This document shows, one piece after another, positions 17,422 through 26,586 of a DNA stretch of 64,000 bases (position 1 is the first letter of the stretch; every line of letters begins with the position of its first letter). The position numbers and the translations under genes were made by a program. The stretch lies in the IMG/VR virus record IMGVR_UViG_3300031951_000044. The stretch is one strand, 5' to 3'. Below the pieces are notes generated by a model, which saw only the letters and a list, made by a program, of their open reading frames with translations, did not search any database and was not told the DNA's origin. Source of the DNA: a virus (taxonomy: Duplodnaviria > Heunggongvirae > Uroviricota > Caudoviricetes).

Positions 17422-18125
17422 TATTTTTCAATTTTTAAATCAAAATTTGAAATAAATTCCTCAAAATTAAATAGAGATTTATTAATCTCATTTATAATAT
17501 TATCTAATTTGTCTTCCGGAAAATCTGTCGGGTCATTGAATTCATATTCATTTTTTATTCGATTGAAAAAATAATCTTTATCTCCGTGTACCATTATTTG
17601 ACCATTATATGATAATTTTTGGGACACTAACATCGCAGCTTGTGTAAATATCTTAATTTTAAGATTTGTTTCTTGATCTTCTGTTTTTGCTGGTTCTAAA
17701 ACTAGTCGATTTTTAATTACAAAATAATAAAAAACAGCATCGCCATTTTGATTTGGAAAAAAAGTAAAATCAGAAAACATGAATATTTTATCAAAATCAG
17801 CATACGTCCCTCCAATATTAACTTTTTGATTTTGTGAGACTTTTTTTAAACCAAATTCAATTCTATATTGCATTCCATCTTCTCTATCATCATGTGGGGA
17901 TCTTCCCGGTTCAAGTATAATATTATAGTCTTTTAAAAACGGAACTCTTTCAATGAAATAATTAACTGTAAATTTGTCTTTATATAATTCTAAAACGTTT
18001 TTTCCCAATTTATTTACCTCATCATATGACATGGATTTTCGTTTAGCTAATTTCTTTTCAATCCATTCATTAGAACCAACTTCTTGCTCTAAAATTCGTT
18101 TAATATTTTTTCTTAATCGACTCAT
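17421..18125 (-). CDS. hypothetical protein (234 aa)
   Basis: co-oriented ORF. Confidence 0.5.
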   Translation of the reverse strand: MSRLRKNIKRILEQEVGSNEWIEKKLAKRKSMSYDEVNKLGKNVLELYKDKFTVNYFIERVPFLKDYNIILEPGRSPHDDREDGMQYRIEFGLKKVSQNQKVNIGGTYADFDKIFMFSDFTFFPNQNGDAVFYYFVIKNRLVLEPAKTEDQETNLKIKIFTQAAMLVSQKLSYNGQIMVHGDKDYFFNRIKNEYEFNDPTDFPEDKLDNIINEINKSLFNFEEFISNFDLKIEK

Positions 18126-18178
18126 ATTATTTTTTTATATAAATATATACGAACCCTAAGTTAATTAAATTTTATTTC

Positions 18179-18685
18179 TCAACCAAAAATTAATACGAGT
18201 AAAACTAAAATACTACCACCAACAATTGCTCCAATTTTTAAATTCTTTTGCTTTTGAATTTCTTCATCTTTTTCAACAATAATTGTATTTAAATTATTAA
18301 TTTCAATGTTTTTATTCACAATTGTTGTGTCAGATAAAGCAATTTCTTTTCTTAATTTTTTAATTAATTCATCTTTTTTAAAGATTTCACTTGTTAGGTT
18401 AATAATTTTATATTTTTGCAATTCAACTTTTTCATTTAAATCATTAATTAAACTGACATAATAATATTGTACGGTATCGACTTGTGAATTTAATTTTTCA
18501 ATATATTCAAGAAGTTCAAGGTCTTTATCAATCTTCTGAACATTTTCAACTGAGAAGATGATACCAAGAGTGTCTGATTGATTTTTAATCACGTAAGCTG
18601 GTAATTCATCCCTATCCAACCGGATATTTTGACAATAACCGAATGAAACCAAAAGTAAAAATAATATTGATAAAATATTTCTCAT
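18179..18685 (-). CDS. secreted/membrane-anchored coiled-coil protein
   Basis: N-terminal signal, C-terminal TM helix. Confidence 0.45.
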   Translation of the reverse strand: MRNILSILFLLLVSFGYCQNIRLDRDELPAYVIKNQSDTLGIIFSVENVQKIDKDLELLEYIEKLNSQVDTVQYYYVSLINDLNEKVELQKYKIINLTSEIFKKDELIKKLRKEIALSDTTIVNKNIEINNLNTIIVEKDEEIQKQKNLKIGAIVGGSILVLLVLIFG

Positions 18686-19107
18686 TTTAATCTTTTGCTA
18701 ATTGAAAAAATTAACTCTTCACCTCGTTTTTCATTTGGTGTTGATTTAATCTTATTTATGTTTTCTTTTGTAATATTTTGTTCTTTCAATACATCATTCA
18801 ATTTACCTTTTGTTCTCTCAATGTCAATATCTTTCTTGTCTAACTGTTTATCAATTTTAACTCTTTCCGTTTGTAAATTAACAATAAATAAAGAATCTTC
18901 TTTAATTTGTTCTCTCAATTCCTTTCTTTGTTTTTCAATATCCTCATTTTGTTTTTTAAGTTCCTCATTTTCTTTTCTAAGATTAATTATTGTTTCGTTT
19001 TCTTTTAATTTACCCAATACAATCTTCCATTTATCAGGCAAAACTACATAAGAAATACCCAATAAACTAACAATAATTAAAATTATATATAAAAAATTTT
19101 TGTTCAT
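18682..19107 (-). CDS. membrane-anchored coiled-coil protein
   Basis: N-terminal TM, K/E-rich coil. Confidence 0.45.
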   Translation of the reverse strand: MNKNFLYIILIIVSLLGISYVVLPDKWKIVLGKLKENETIINLRKENEELKKQNEDIEKQRKELREQIKEDSLFIVNLQTERVKIDKQLDKKDIDIERTKGKLNDVLKEQNITKENINKIKSTPNEKRGEELIFSISKRLK

Positions 19108-19109
19108 AA

Positions 19110-19469
19110 CTATAAATATGGATTATGTTCATTATTATGTGAATTAATTTTATCGAACAATTCTTTTCCAACTAAATTCTCAATATCTTTACAATTGGAA
19201 TCAATTAAACTTTCAGAATCAATCGAAATTATCACATCAGGTATTTGTGGATGATTATATCCTAATGCTAACAATTCTTTATCAGTTATCCTTAACAAAT
19301 CATCAACCGAAATTAAATAATCATTTGAGTTAGATGTTAAAAATTCAGCAGCATTCTTAATCGCAATTTTAACATCATTTTCAAAATCAATTTTTGTTTT
19401 ATTTGGATGCGAATATTCAAATATATTCATACTTTGCCAACCTATATTTTCAATAACAAATTTTTTCAT
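19110..19469 (-). CDS. hypothetical protein
   Basis: co-oriented ORF. Confidence 0.45.
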   Translation of the reverse strand: MKKFVIENIGWQSMNIFEYSHPNKTKIDFENDVKIAIKNAAEFLTSNSNDYLISVDDLLRITDKELLALGYNHPQIPDVIISIDSESLIDSNCKDIENLVGKELFDKINSHNNEHNPYL

Positions 19470-19611
19470 TTTTTATTTTCATTTTTAAGACGAATTATCA
19501 TTAGAATTAAGATGAATAAACCACCAACAAAAAATAAAATATCGAATCCACAAGCTAATGCCCATCCAGCGGATTCTAAACATTCCGAACATTTTGGTGA
19601 TTCAAAACAAA

Positions 19612-19827
19612 TCATGGATAAACAACTTTATCAATAATTTTAGTTTTACTAAATAGATAAAGATTCTTTTTTGCTTCTTCTAAAGTTTTAAATCTTGCGG
19701 TCTCATAAAAACCAAAAGAAGCTATTTCACAATCCACCCACTTATCTTTAAATAACCAATGTTTCTTCTGTATAACATATAAGATATTTCCACTTGGATA
19801 GGTTCTTTCAACGATTCTTAAATTCAT
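19612..19827 (-). CDS. hypothetical protein
   Basis: co-oriented ORF. Confidence 0.4.
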   Translation of the reverse strand: MNLRIVERTYPSGNILYVIQKKHWLFKDKWVDCEIASFGFYETARFKTLEEAKKNLYLFSKTKIIDKVVYP

Positions 19828-20204
19828 TTTATTAGTTTTTTAATTTGATTACCACATCCCGGACAAACCCAACACTTATTCGGATAAACAATTCTTTTAT
19901 TAATATGGTCTAATTCTGCATTTTTATATGCCCAAGGTGGAATCCAAGGATTTTTATTACAACATTTAGTCACCAACATAGAAAATTCAACATCATTACC
20001 ATCAACCCATTTTTTCCATTCTTCTTCGGGTACTGATGGATGATGAACTTCCACATATTCGACCCACTTCAATCGACCTTCTGAGATATGAATCTCATAA
20101 ACATCTCTAACCTCTTCAGCAATAACCGCAGCAAAACTATCTCCTTCTGACCATTTTTCAATGGTCTCATCTGTCACTATTGGTATATATTTATTATCAG
20201 TCAT
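19824..20204 (-). CDS. Cys-rich (zinc-binding?) hypothetical protein
   Basis: CCNKNPW...CWVCPGCGN. Confidence 0.45.
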   Translation of the reverse strand: MTDNKYIPIVTDETIEKWSEGDSFAAVIAEEVRDVYEIHISEGRLKWVEYVEVHHPSVPEEEWKKWVDGNDVEFSMLVTKCCNKNPWIPPWAYKNAELDHINKRIVYPNKCWVCPGCGNQIKKLIK

Positions 20205-20208
20205 TTTT

Positions 20209-20403
20209 TTATTTTTTATAACCCATTTCTACTGCTGTATCATAAGAAACATTATGTGCTGTTACACAATGTACTAAGATACCAAACACATAATAAAAAA
20301 CAGTAACATCTGTTTTTTGAACACTTACTTCGCCAATTTTACCCCATCCCCAAGGACCAACAACTACTTTTTTACCAAACAATGAATTTCTTCGATTGTT
20401 CAT
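20209..20403 (-). CDS. hypothetical protein
   Basis: co-oriented ORF. Confidence 0.4.
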   Translation of the reverse strand: MNNRRNSLFGKKVVVGPWGWGKIGEVSVQKTDVTVFYYVFGILVHCVTAHNVSYDTAVEMGYKK

Positions 20404-21380
20404 TTTTTAGAATCATAAGATTTGTTAATAACTTTAAAAGAACCATTTTCATGATTAATTACAACACCCTCAAAAGGTTTACCTTCAATTTTATCAATAC
20501 CAACCGAATATTTTTGAATCAACTCATTAGTTAATTCGACATCCAATTCAATGATATCAACGAATGGTAATTCCAATTCTTGCGCAACATTTCTAAAATA
20601 GAATCTATCGTTCTTTCTATGATATTTACGTTCTTTAATGTTATATACAGAAAACATTACCCACCCTTTTGGTTTTTGAGAATGTGGATTGTTTCCAGAA
20701 CTTTGAATCCCTTGACCAAACGACTCACCACGAATGCACAAAGAAACATTATGTTTTTTGCAATAGTCAATAAGCTTATTTTTAATGTTGTAACGAGCAA
20801 CATGTGCGGTATAGTTATTTACCGCATCCAACTTCATTTCCAAGTTTCTTCCAAGAACACCAAATTCATCAGTTTCAATGTTATAATAGAAACTACAACT
20901 TTGTCCATCAACTTTAGATGTAACATCAACAATTGAACCGAATGGAAGTTCATCAATGATATTCTCAAATCGAATTTCATCAGTGGGACCAATTCCAACC
21001 GGAAGATAACCTTTTGCTTGAAGATCTTGTGGTTGTGGTGCTTCATAATGAACAACACCAATTTGTTCACTCACATCAGAGCCAACTTGAAGATTTGATA
21101 AATCAACTGGAAGTTGTTCAAACCTAACAATAATACCTTCACTAAATTCGCCACGAAGTTTTACAGCTTTGATTCGTTTTGGTGAATATTTTCGATACTC
21201 TTCAGTCCAAGGTTCAATAGGAAGAACCGCATCAGGTCGAATATAAACAATTTTCTCACCACCCTTATAAAGTCCTTTTTGTGTAACGCATTGAAACCCA
21301 AGAATCTTAACAAGATCAAGTCTATCTGCATCAGGATGAGCTTTGACTTCAGAAATAATTTCAATCGTTGCGTCTTTCAT
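20400..21380 (-). CDS. putative RNA ligase with N-terminal tRNA-binding (Myf/EMAP-like OB) domain
   Basis: N-term HPDADRL...VLPIEP...KLRGEFSEGII = tRNA-binding OB fold; nucleotidyltransferase motif I TSKVDGQSCSFY (KxDG). Confidence 0.55.
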   Translation of the reverse strand: MKDATIEIISEVKAHPDADRLDLVKILGFQCVTQKGLYKGGEKIVYIRPDAVLPIEPWTEEYRKYSPKRIKAVKLRGEFSEGIIVRFEQLPVDLSNLQVGSDVSEQIGVVHYEAPQPQDLQAKGYLPVGIGPTDEIRFENIIDELPFGSIVDVTSKVDGQSCSFYYNIETDEFGVLGRNLEMKLDAVNNYTAHVARYNIKNKLIDYCKKHNVSLCIRGESFGQGIQSSGNNPHSQKPKGWVMFSVYNIKERKYHRKNDRFYFRNVAQELELPFVDIIELDVELTNELIQKYSVGIDKIEGKPFEGVVINHENGSFKVINKSYDSKK

Positions 21381-21436
21381 ATTTTGCTTATTTTATTATG
21401 CAAATCTAAGAAAAAAAATTTCAAATTCCAAAAAGA

Positions 21437-21646
21437 TTATCTAAAAACTTTTGGTTTAAAGAACTCATTATTTTCGGGTTTGTAGAATTTTAGTTTCCAT
21501 TCATCATCGCCACGTCTTTCAAACCGTTTATCCGCACTAAGATCTGAATATGCTCTAACCGCTAATTTAATATCAAATCCTTCATATAACACAACATCAG
21601 CTTTTGTTGTAATTTTATATTCAACTGGTTTTAGTTCTTTACTCAT
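21437..21646 (-). CDS. hypothetical protein
   Basis: co-oriented ORF. Confidence 0.4.
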   Translation of the reverse strand: MSKELKPVEYKITTKADVVLYEGFDIKLAVRAYSDLSADKRFERRGDDEWKLKFYKPENNEFFKPKVFR

Positions 21647-21947
21647 TTTCTTCTAATTTAATTATTTTTAACATTTCACCTTTCACAAAAAAAGCAACAA
21701 ATTCGTACCATATTGAGTTAATATTTTGATAAAATCTAATCTCACCAGTATAATTTAGTTTTTCAGTTTCTCCATGATTACCATATTCATCAACATCAAC
21801 CAATAATAGATTACCATTTTCATCGATTTTCAATAAATTAAGAAGTCTATGATGACTTTTGGTTTTCCAACCAAATTCATAATCTTTTAACTCGTCAGGT
21901 AGATGTTTTTTATCAATATATAAATCATCAAACATTCCCATAATCAT
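21639..21947 (-). CDS. hypothetical protein
   Basis: co-oriented ORF. Confidence 0.4.
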   Translation of the reverse strand: MIMGMFDDLYIDKKHLPDELKDYEFGWKTKSHHRLLNLLKIDENGNLLLVDVDEYGNHGETEKLNYTGEIRFYQNINSIWYEFVAFFVKGEMLKIIKLEENE

Positions 21948-22194
21948 CTGCTACATTAGTTGTTATTTCGACTTCATAACCCAAATGTTTCAATACTTGT
22001 TTAAGTATTGTTGCTGTATCATCATTATGCAATTCCAATTCTTGACCATTAACTTTGGTTATTGTACCATAATGAGTACAACAGCCATCAGCGCAATTAT
22101 AACAATATTCGTTTAATTCTATTTTTAGTTTTCTTTTTTCCATTGGTTTAACACCATAAAGATAAAAAGAAAAAGTCAAAAGGTCAATTCCCAA
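21928..22194 (-). CDS. Cys-rich hypothetical protein
   Basis: CYNCADGCCTHYG. Confidence 0.4.
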   Translation of the reverse strand: MGIDLLTFSFYLYGVKPMEKRKLKIELNEYCYNCADGCCTHYGTITKVNGQELELHNDDTATILKQVLKHLGYEVEITTNVADDYGNV

Positions 22195-22564
22195 TAATTA
22201 AATCATTATGGTCCAACTTATCCATTCCCTTCATTTTATCTTCAACCTCATCATACATATATGCTTTAACAACAGCAACAACGGATTGTTCAGCTTGTGC
22301 TATCTTTGATTCCATCCAATCATCAAGTTGTTCATCATCACCCAATTGCTCCCACATTTTATATGCTAATGTTGCAATTGTAAATAATTGTTGTTTTGCC
22401 ATATAAGAACCGTCCTTATCTTCATTAACTTGTTTTTTTGTTTTCTCAATATGCTGAAGAACTTCCGCCATTTGTTTTTCGGTAAGAATGAATTTTGCCA
22501 TTTTTTGAAGTGTTTTATATATAAATATAACAAAAAAATAAAATGGTGATATTTCTATCACCAT
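22184..22564 (-). CDS. hypothetical protein
   Basis: co-oriented ORF. Confidence 0.4.
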   Translation of the reverse strand: MVIEISPFYFFVIFIYKTLQKMAKFILTEKQMAEVLQHIEKTKKQVNEDKDGSYMAKQQLFTIATLAYKMWEQLGDDEQLDDWMESKIAQAEQSVVAVVKAYMYDEVEDKMKGMDKLDHNDLIIGN

Positions 22565-22566
22565 TT
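22532..22566 (-). terminator. intrinsic terminator (minus strand)
   Basis: aaatggtgata-tttc-tatcaccattt 11-bp stem followed on gene strand by TTATTTTTTT. Confidence 0.65.
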
Positions 22567-22624
22567 ATATTTGGGACCAAACGCTTGCAGGTCGCTCCAC
22601 CACTTGGTTTAAAAAACCAAGAAA

Positions 22625-22882
22625 TTAAAAATCATCATAACACCATATTGGTGTTTTTTCACCAACATAAGAACCGCTCACATTAAAATCAAAAAACTCT
22701 CTTGCTTCTTCATAATTCATACCATCTTTTTTCAGAATGTCAATACATTTTGATACCGAATATATTAATCGCATATCAACCTCATCAATACCGATTATTG
22801 CATTATCAAATCCGTCAGCTTTCATAAAGCTAGCATCATCATATATCTCTAAAATTTTTTCTATCATTTTTTTAAAATTCAA
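22625..22882 (-). CDS. hypothetical protein
   Basis: co-oriented ORF immediately upstream of terminator. Confidence 0.45.
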   Translation of the reverse strand: MNFKKMIEKILEIYDDASFMKADGFDNAIIGIDEVDMRLIYSVSKCIDILKKDGMNYEEAREFFDFNVSGSYVGEKTPIWCYDDF

Positions 22883-23021
22883 TATCTTTAATTGCTTTCA
22901 AGTCTTTAAAATCATTAAAATTAAATTCTTCATCTTTTTTACCTTTTACATTGTTGTAAACCATTTTTCCGCCAATGTATACCAAAATAACACCAAGAAT
23001 GATTTTGAAAAGTTTTCCCAT
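22872..23021 (-). CDS. small membrane protein (49 aa)
   Basis: manual ORF MGKLFKIILGVILVYIGGKMVYNNVKGKKDEEF... Confidence 0.3.
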   Translation of the reverse strand: MGKLFKIILGVILVYIGGKMVYNNVKGKKDEEFNFNDFKDLKAIKDIEF

Positions 23022-23025
23022 TTTA

Positions 23026-23325
23026 TTATTTTGTTTTAGTTGTTAGAGCTTCAGCTTTTGATTTAATGATTTCACTTACACCAATTTCATTTTCTTTGGT
23101 AAAGATAACGCTATTTTTCAAAACTGCAAAAGGAATGTGGATTAAAAAGTTTTTTCCATTAAAATAACTAAAATCTTGTGTTGTATCCAAGCAACCCTTA
23201 ATCGCTTTCAAAAAAATCGAAAATTGTGTTTCATCAACAAATCTTTCATCAACCACTTTTCCAAATGTATCATTCCAGATGATAATTTCAAAAACTTCTT
23301 TTTTCATTTTTGTTATTTTTGACAA
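23026..23325 (-). CDS. hypothetical protein
   Basis: co-oriented ORF; promoter motif 23316-23338. Confidence 0.45.
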   Translation of the reverse strand: MSKITKMKKEVFEIIIWNDTFGKVVDERFVDETQFSIFLKAIKGCLDTTQDFSYFNGKNFLIHIPFAVLKNSVIFTKENEIGVSEIIKSKAEALTTKTK

Positions 23326-23341
23326 AGATAACTAAAACTTT

Positions 23342-24142
23342 TCAAACTGGCAAATTAATTTTGTTCAAAATTTGATTTGAAACGTGTGTGTATATTTCTG
23401 TGGTTTTAACATTTGAATGACCAAGAATTTTTTGAATAATTCTTAAATCTGTTCCATTTTCTAATAAGGATGTTGCAAAACTGTGTCTAAGTGTGTGTAT
23501 ATGTCCATCAGATTCAATATATTTTTTGTATATTTTCTGACAACTACCTATTGAATATTTAGTACTGTTTTGTCCATTGAAGAGATATTCCTTTGGGATA
23601 TAATTTTTATAATAAGTTCTTAATAGTCTTAATACATTTTGAGATAATGGAACAACTCTATCTTTTCTTCCTTTTGCGTTCTTAATGTGGATTAACATTC
23701 GCTTGGAATCAATATCCTCTATTTTAAGATTAATTATTTCTGAGACTCGTAGACCAACTGAAAAAGTTAAGGTGAGAATTGCTTTGTGTTTGAGATTATC
23801 AATCTTATTTAATTTATCAATGATTGAATTTGAATCAATTACTTTTGGTAGTTTCTTCTCAGATTTAGGTCTTTTAAACGATATTTTATCATATTTTTTA
23901 TTAAGACCAAATTTGTAGAGAAATCTTATTGCGTTAATGATTTGGTTTTGTTGTGCTGTTGAAGTGAATTTATAATTATCTAAATAGGATTGAAAATCTT
24001 GAGCATTACAATGTATTACTTGTTTACTACCAATGTGATTTAAGAAATTTTTTATATGTGAAAGATAATTATCTTTTGTTCTTGGTGAATAGTTTAAATA
24101 TATAAACTTTTCTTCACAAATCTTAATAATTTTATTATTCAA
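23342..24142 (-). CDS. tyrosine site-specific recombinase (Xer/IntI-like, 266 aa)
   Basis: GLRVSE (box I Arg); HTLRHSFATSLLENGTDLRIIQKILGHSNVKTTEIYTHV (H-x-x-R, catalytic Tyr); apparent TTG start. Confidence 0.8.
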   Translation of the reverse strand: MNNKIIKICEEKFIYLNYSPRTKDNYLSHIKNFLNHIGSKQVIHCNAQDFQSYLDNYKFTSTAQQNQIINAIRFLYKFGLNKKYDKISFKRPKSEKKLPKVIDSNSIIDKLNKIDNLKHKAILTLTFSVGLRVSEIINLKIEDIDSKRMLIHIKNAKGRKDRVVPLSQNVLRLLRTYYKNYIPKEYLFNGQNSTKYSIGSCQKIYKKYIESDGHIHTLRHSFATSLLENGTDLRIIQKILGHSNVKTTEIYTHVSNQILNKINLPV

Positions 24143-24200
24143 GTCCTTTATTTTTAAGTGGTTAGATTATACTTACTTATATATACTAGTTATGTATAAT

Positions 24201-24407
24201 TTATTCCCAAATGATAACGCCTTTCATATTACCATGTGGATTAGTAAAAACGCCTTCATCATCTAAATCATACATATCCATAGTTCCAGAAAAATCAACT
24301 TGAATTGTGTTTAATTTTCCGTCCAAATTCCAATGAAGTGTTTTTACTTTTTTAATACCCCAGTCTTTACCGTGAATGTCGGTTATTTTAATTTTTGGTT
24401 GTTTCAT
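24201..24407 (-). CDS. cassette ORF, hypothetical
   Basis: first ORF upstream of recombinase; followed upstream by attC-like site. Confidence 0.45.
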   Translation of the reverse strand: MKQPKIKITDIHGKDWGIKKVKTLHWNLDGKLNTIQVDFSGTMDMYDLDDEGVFTNPHGNMKGVIIWE

Positions 24408-24439
24408 AAACTTTTATTTTAATTTGTGAATAAACTATA

Positions 24440-24533
24440 CATAACAAGGTGTATATGTAATTTTTTTTACAAAGGTACGAATAAGTTTTGACATTTCCAA
24501 ATAAAAAACTACATATACACCCAATCGTTAGGC
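24440..24533 (-). repeat. attC-like imperfect palindrome (site A) with internal TAccTTTG promoter
   Basis: +strand cACATAAC-aa-GGTGTATATGTA ...48 nt... TACATATACACC-caatc-GTTAGGc. Confidence 0.6.
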
Positions 24534-24537
24534 GCAA

Positions 24538-24756
24538 TTACAACAAACCCTTCGAGAAAAGTTGTGCAATTTGATTTTCGGTTAAATCTTCGCCTTTGAG
24601 CATTGCAGGTTCATTTACTCTTGTGCCATCGTGTTTAATTGTGTAGGTAACAGGATACTCTTTCTTCGGGTCAACAAATTTGACCAAGTAACTGCGCCTA
24701 ACAACGTATTGCTGAACATTGCCAGCTTCGTCTTTAACTTCAACTCTGATTTTCAT
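24538..24756 (-). CDS. cassette ORF, hypothetical
   Basis: ORF bounded by repeat elements. Confidence 0.45.
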   Translation of the reverse strand: MKIRVEVKDEAGNVQQYVVRRSYLVKFVDPKKEYPVTYTIKHDGTRVNEPAMLKGEDLTENQIAQLFSKGLL

Positions 24757-24823
24757 ATTTATTTTTTTGTTTTTAATTCAACATTTGTGTTTCAAATTGG
24801 CAACGTCAGCAATACGCAAACCG

Positions 24824-25105
24824 TTATATGCCACCTTGCGGTCTCAGCAACAAGTACCATCCGTTTTTTATGACATCTTCCCAAATCAATACTTCTGCAT
24901 TCAAAGATTGTGCTTGTTCAGTTATACCACCTTGTGCAAGTTGCCAAAGCATATTCATATTCAAAACATCTTCACGACTGATAAAGTATTGTTTTTTCAG
25001 TTCCAATTTTGACCAATCCCATGTTAACCCTTTCCTTCCCAAATCAAAAAGGCGGCATATAACAGCAGTTTGGCAAGATGCGGGGTTTTGTACTTCGTTT
25101 GACAT
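24824..25105 (-). CDS. cassette ORF, hypothetical
   Basis: stop codon overlaps aaaccGTTAtatg core. Confidence 0.4.
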   Translation of the reverse strand: MSNEVQNPASCQTAVICRLFDLGRKGLTWDWSKLELKKQYFISREDVLNMNMLWQLAQGGITEQAQSLNAEVLIWEDVIKNGWYLLLRPQGGI

Positions 25106-25171
25106 ATTGTTTTTTATTTAAAAATTTGTAATTCTAATCGTCTTTAGTGCTGTAAATCCCGCACCTCGCCA

Positions 25172-25557
25172 AGCTGCGAAACGTTATGTGTAAGTGTTCC
25201 ACCCATCGTTCTAATCAACATCTATGTTTAAAATTTTAAAAGAAAAATTATTTGTTAAATGGTTCACTAAACATAGTTTTAGGATATGTTTCTTCCTTTC
25301 TACTTGAAGGGTTAAATATAGTTACTCGTCCAACACCATACGGTTGGTTATCATATTTAATAACCAAATAATCCTTTTTATTATGAAGTTGGTAATTATC
25401 TTCTGGTGCGTTTTTACATGTGACGTATAACCCATCTTTAAAGTTTTCAAATTTTTTAACTATGTTTCCCATAATCTATATATTAATTTTTCTTTTAAAA
25501 TTTTTGTTCAGTTCTCCGATTAAACATTCCACCTTAATAATCCACACCTACACATAA
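25172..25557 (-). mobile_element. conserved cassette frame copy 1 (12-bp terminal IRs GTTATGTGTARG, ~80-nt conserved subterminal arms, inner IR AAATTTTAAAAGAAAAAT) carrying ORF 25248..25472
   Basis: arms near-identical to those at 29257..29820 while enclosed ORFs are unrelated. Confidence 0.55.
25248..25472 (-). CDS. cassette ORF, hypothetical (74 aa)
   Basis: inside conserved frame. Confidence 0.45.
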   Translation of the reverse strand: MGNIVKKFENFKDGLYVTCKNAPEDNYQLHNKKDYLVIKYDNQPYGVGRVTIFNPSSRKEETYPKTMFSEPFNK

Positions 25558-25610
25558 CAAATGATAAACAACATTAAAACGATTGTTTATCATCGGACGT
25601 TATTCCCCAT

Positions 25611-26063
25611 TTAAAAAACCTCAAATGGAGACACGTAATACATATTTGGTTTATAATCTGCGTATGATACCGTTTTCTGTTGTAAATATATCTTTATACA
25701 CGATGAATCTTTTGCAGTCAACCAAAAATATTTCACATTCTTACTATATTTTTCATCGTTAATTCTATATTCTTGCCCCTTTTGAATACAAATATTTTCG
25801 TCAATAACTTGATTTCTGTTAAATTCAATAAACGCTCCATAATCTCCAATTACAATTCTTTCATATCCTTTTGAAATTATTGTACCGTTTGCTGTTTTTA
25901 ACTCAAATTCAGAATCACCATTGATATTCAAACATTTTGGTATTTCAGACAAATATTGGTTTCTTACCTTGTCAGATAATTCTGATGGAAGTTTTTTGTA
26001 TTTATATTGTAATGCTAATTCGTCTTGTAACATAAAAAATTGGATAAAAACGGGGCATAACAC
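25611..26063 (-). CDS. cassette ORF, hypothetical (150 aa)
   Basis: ORF bounded by repeat elements. Confidence 0.45.
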   Translation of the reverse strand: MLCPVFIQFFMLQDELALQYKYKKLPSELSDKVRNQYLSEIPKCLNINGDSEFELKTANGTIISKGYERIVIGDYGAFIEFNRNQVIDENICIQKGQEYRINDEKYSKNVKYFWLTAKDSSCIKIYLQQKTVSYADYKPNMYYVSPFEVF

Positions 26064-26178
26064 ACGGTATAAAAAATTGGGGCGTGTGTGCGTTCCCGAA
26101 GGTTTGTACTATTAATTATCATTGTATCGGTGCGAAAGTTTATATCTTTTAATCCCCAACTTTTCATACCGTCAACCG

Positions 26179-26481
26179 TTATGCGGGATCGAGAACAATG
26201 CCGTGCGCTTTAAACACCGCCTCGACCTCTCCGATCCCGACCGCCCACACAATATCGTGTCCTCCGGATCCATCGCTTATATGCAGTCGTTCCTGTTCTG
26301 CGAGAATCTCTCGCACCATCGCCTTCACCTCGCTCTCGGTGAACACGCGCTCTTTCTTTTCCGAGCTCGCCTGAGGCTTTTCGCCTGAGCAGCGGCGGCA
26401 CGGTCTTGGTGGATTGATGCTGATGTGACCTCCGCACTTGGAGCACTTGCCGCTCGATGGGCCTAACTTCCTTTTTGCCAT
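26179..26481 (-). CDS. GC-rich cassette ORF, zinc-ribbon-like protein
   Basis: CSKCGGH...CRRCSG; ~60% GC versus ~30% genome background; flanked by ...caaccGTTATGCgg (26171-26185) and attC-like 26521-26581. Confidence 0.5.
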   Translation of the reverse strand: MAKRKLGPSSGKCSKCGGHISINPPRPCRRCSGEKPQASSEKKERVFTESEVKAMVREILAEQERLHISDGSGGHDIVWAVGIGEVEAVFKAHGIVLDPA

Positions 26482-26520
26482 TGTACCTTTTGCTTTTTAC
26501 CGAGTGAAAAAGAATGACCC

Positions 26521-26581
26521 CGCATAACAGTCGGGTTGCCGTTATTGAATGCACAACGGCAACCCGCCGAACCGTTATGTG
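26521..26581 (-). repeat. attC-like site (site F) upstream of GC-rich cassette
   Basis: cgCATAAC-agtcg-GGTTGCCGTT-attgaatgcac-AACGGCAACC-cgccgaacc-GTTATGTg. Confidence 0.55.
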
Positions 26582-26586
26582 TAATA

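Noticed and set aside
23342-24142. Simple prophage integrase with tRNA-type attP as explanation for the recombinase
   Set aside because: No tRNA or tRNA 3' fragment adjacent. Gene sits in the middle of a lytic-phage-like genome next to the cassette array. Cannot be fully excluded without the whole genome.
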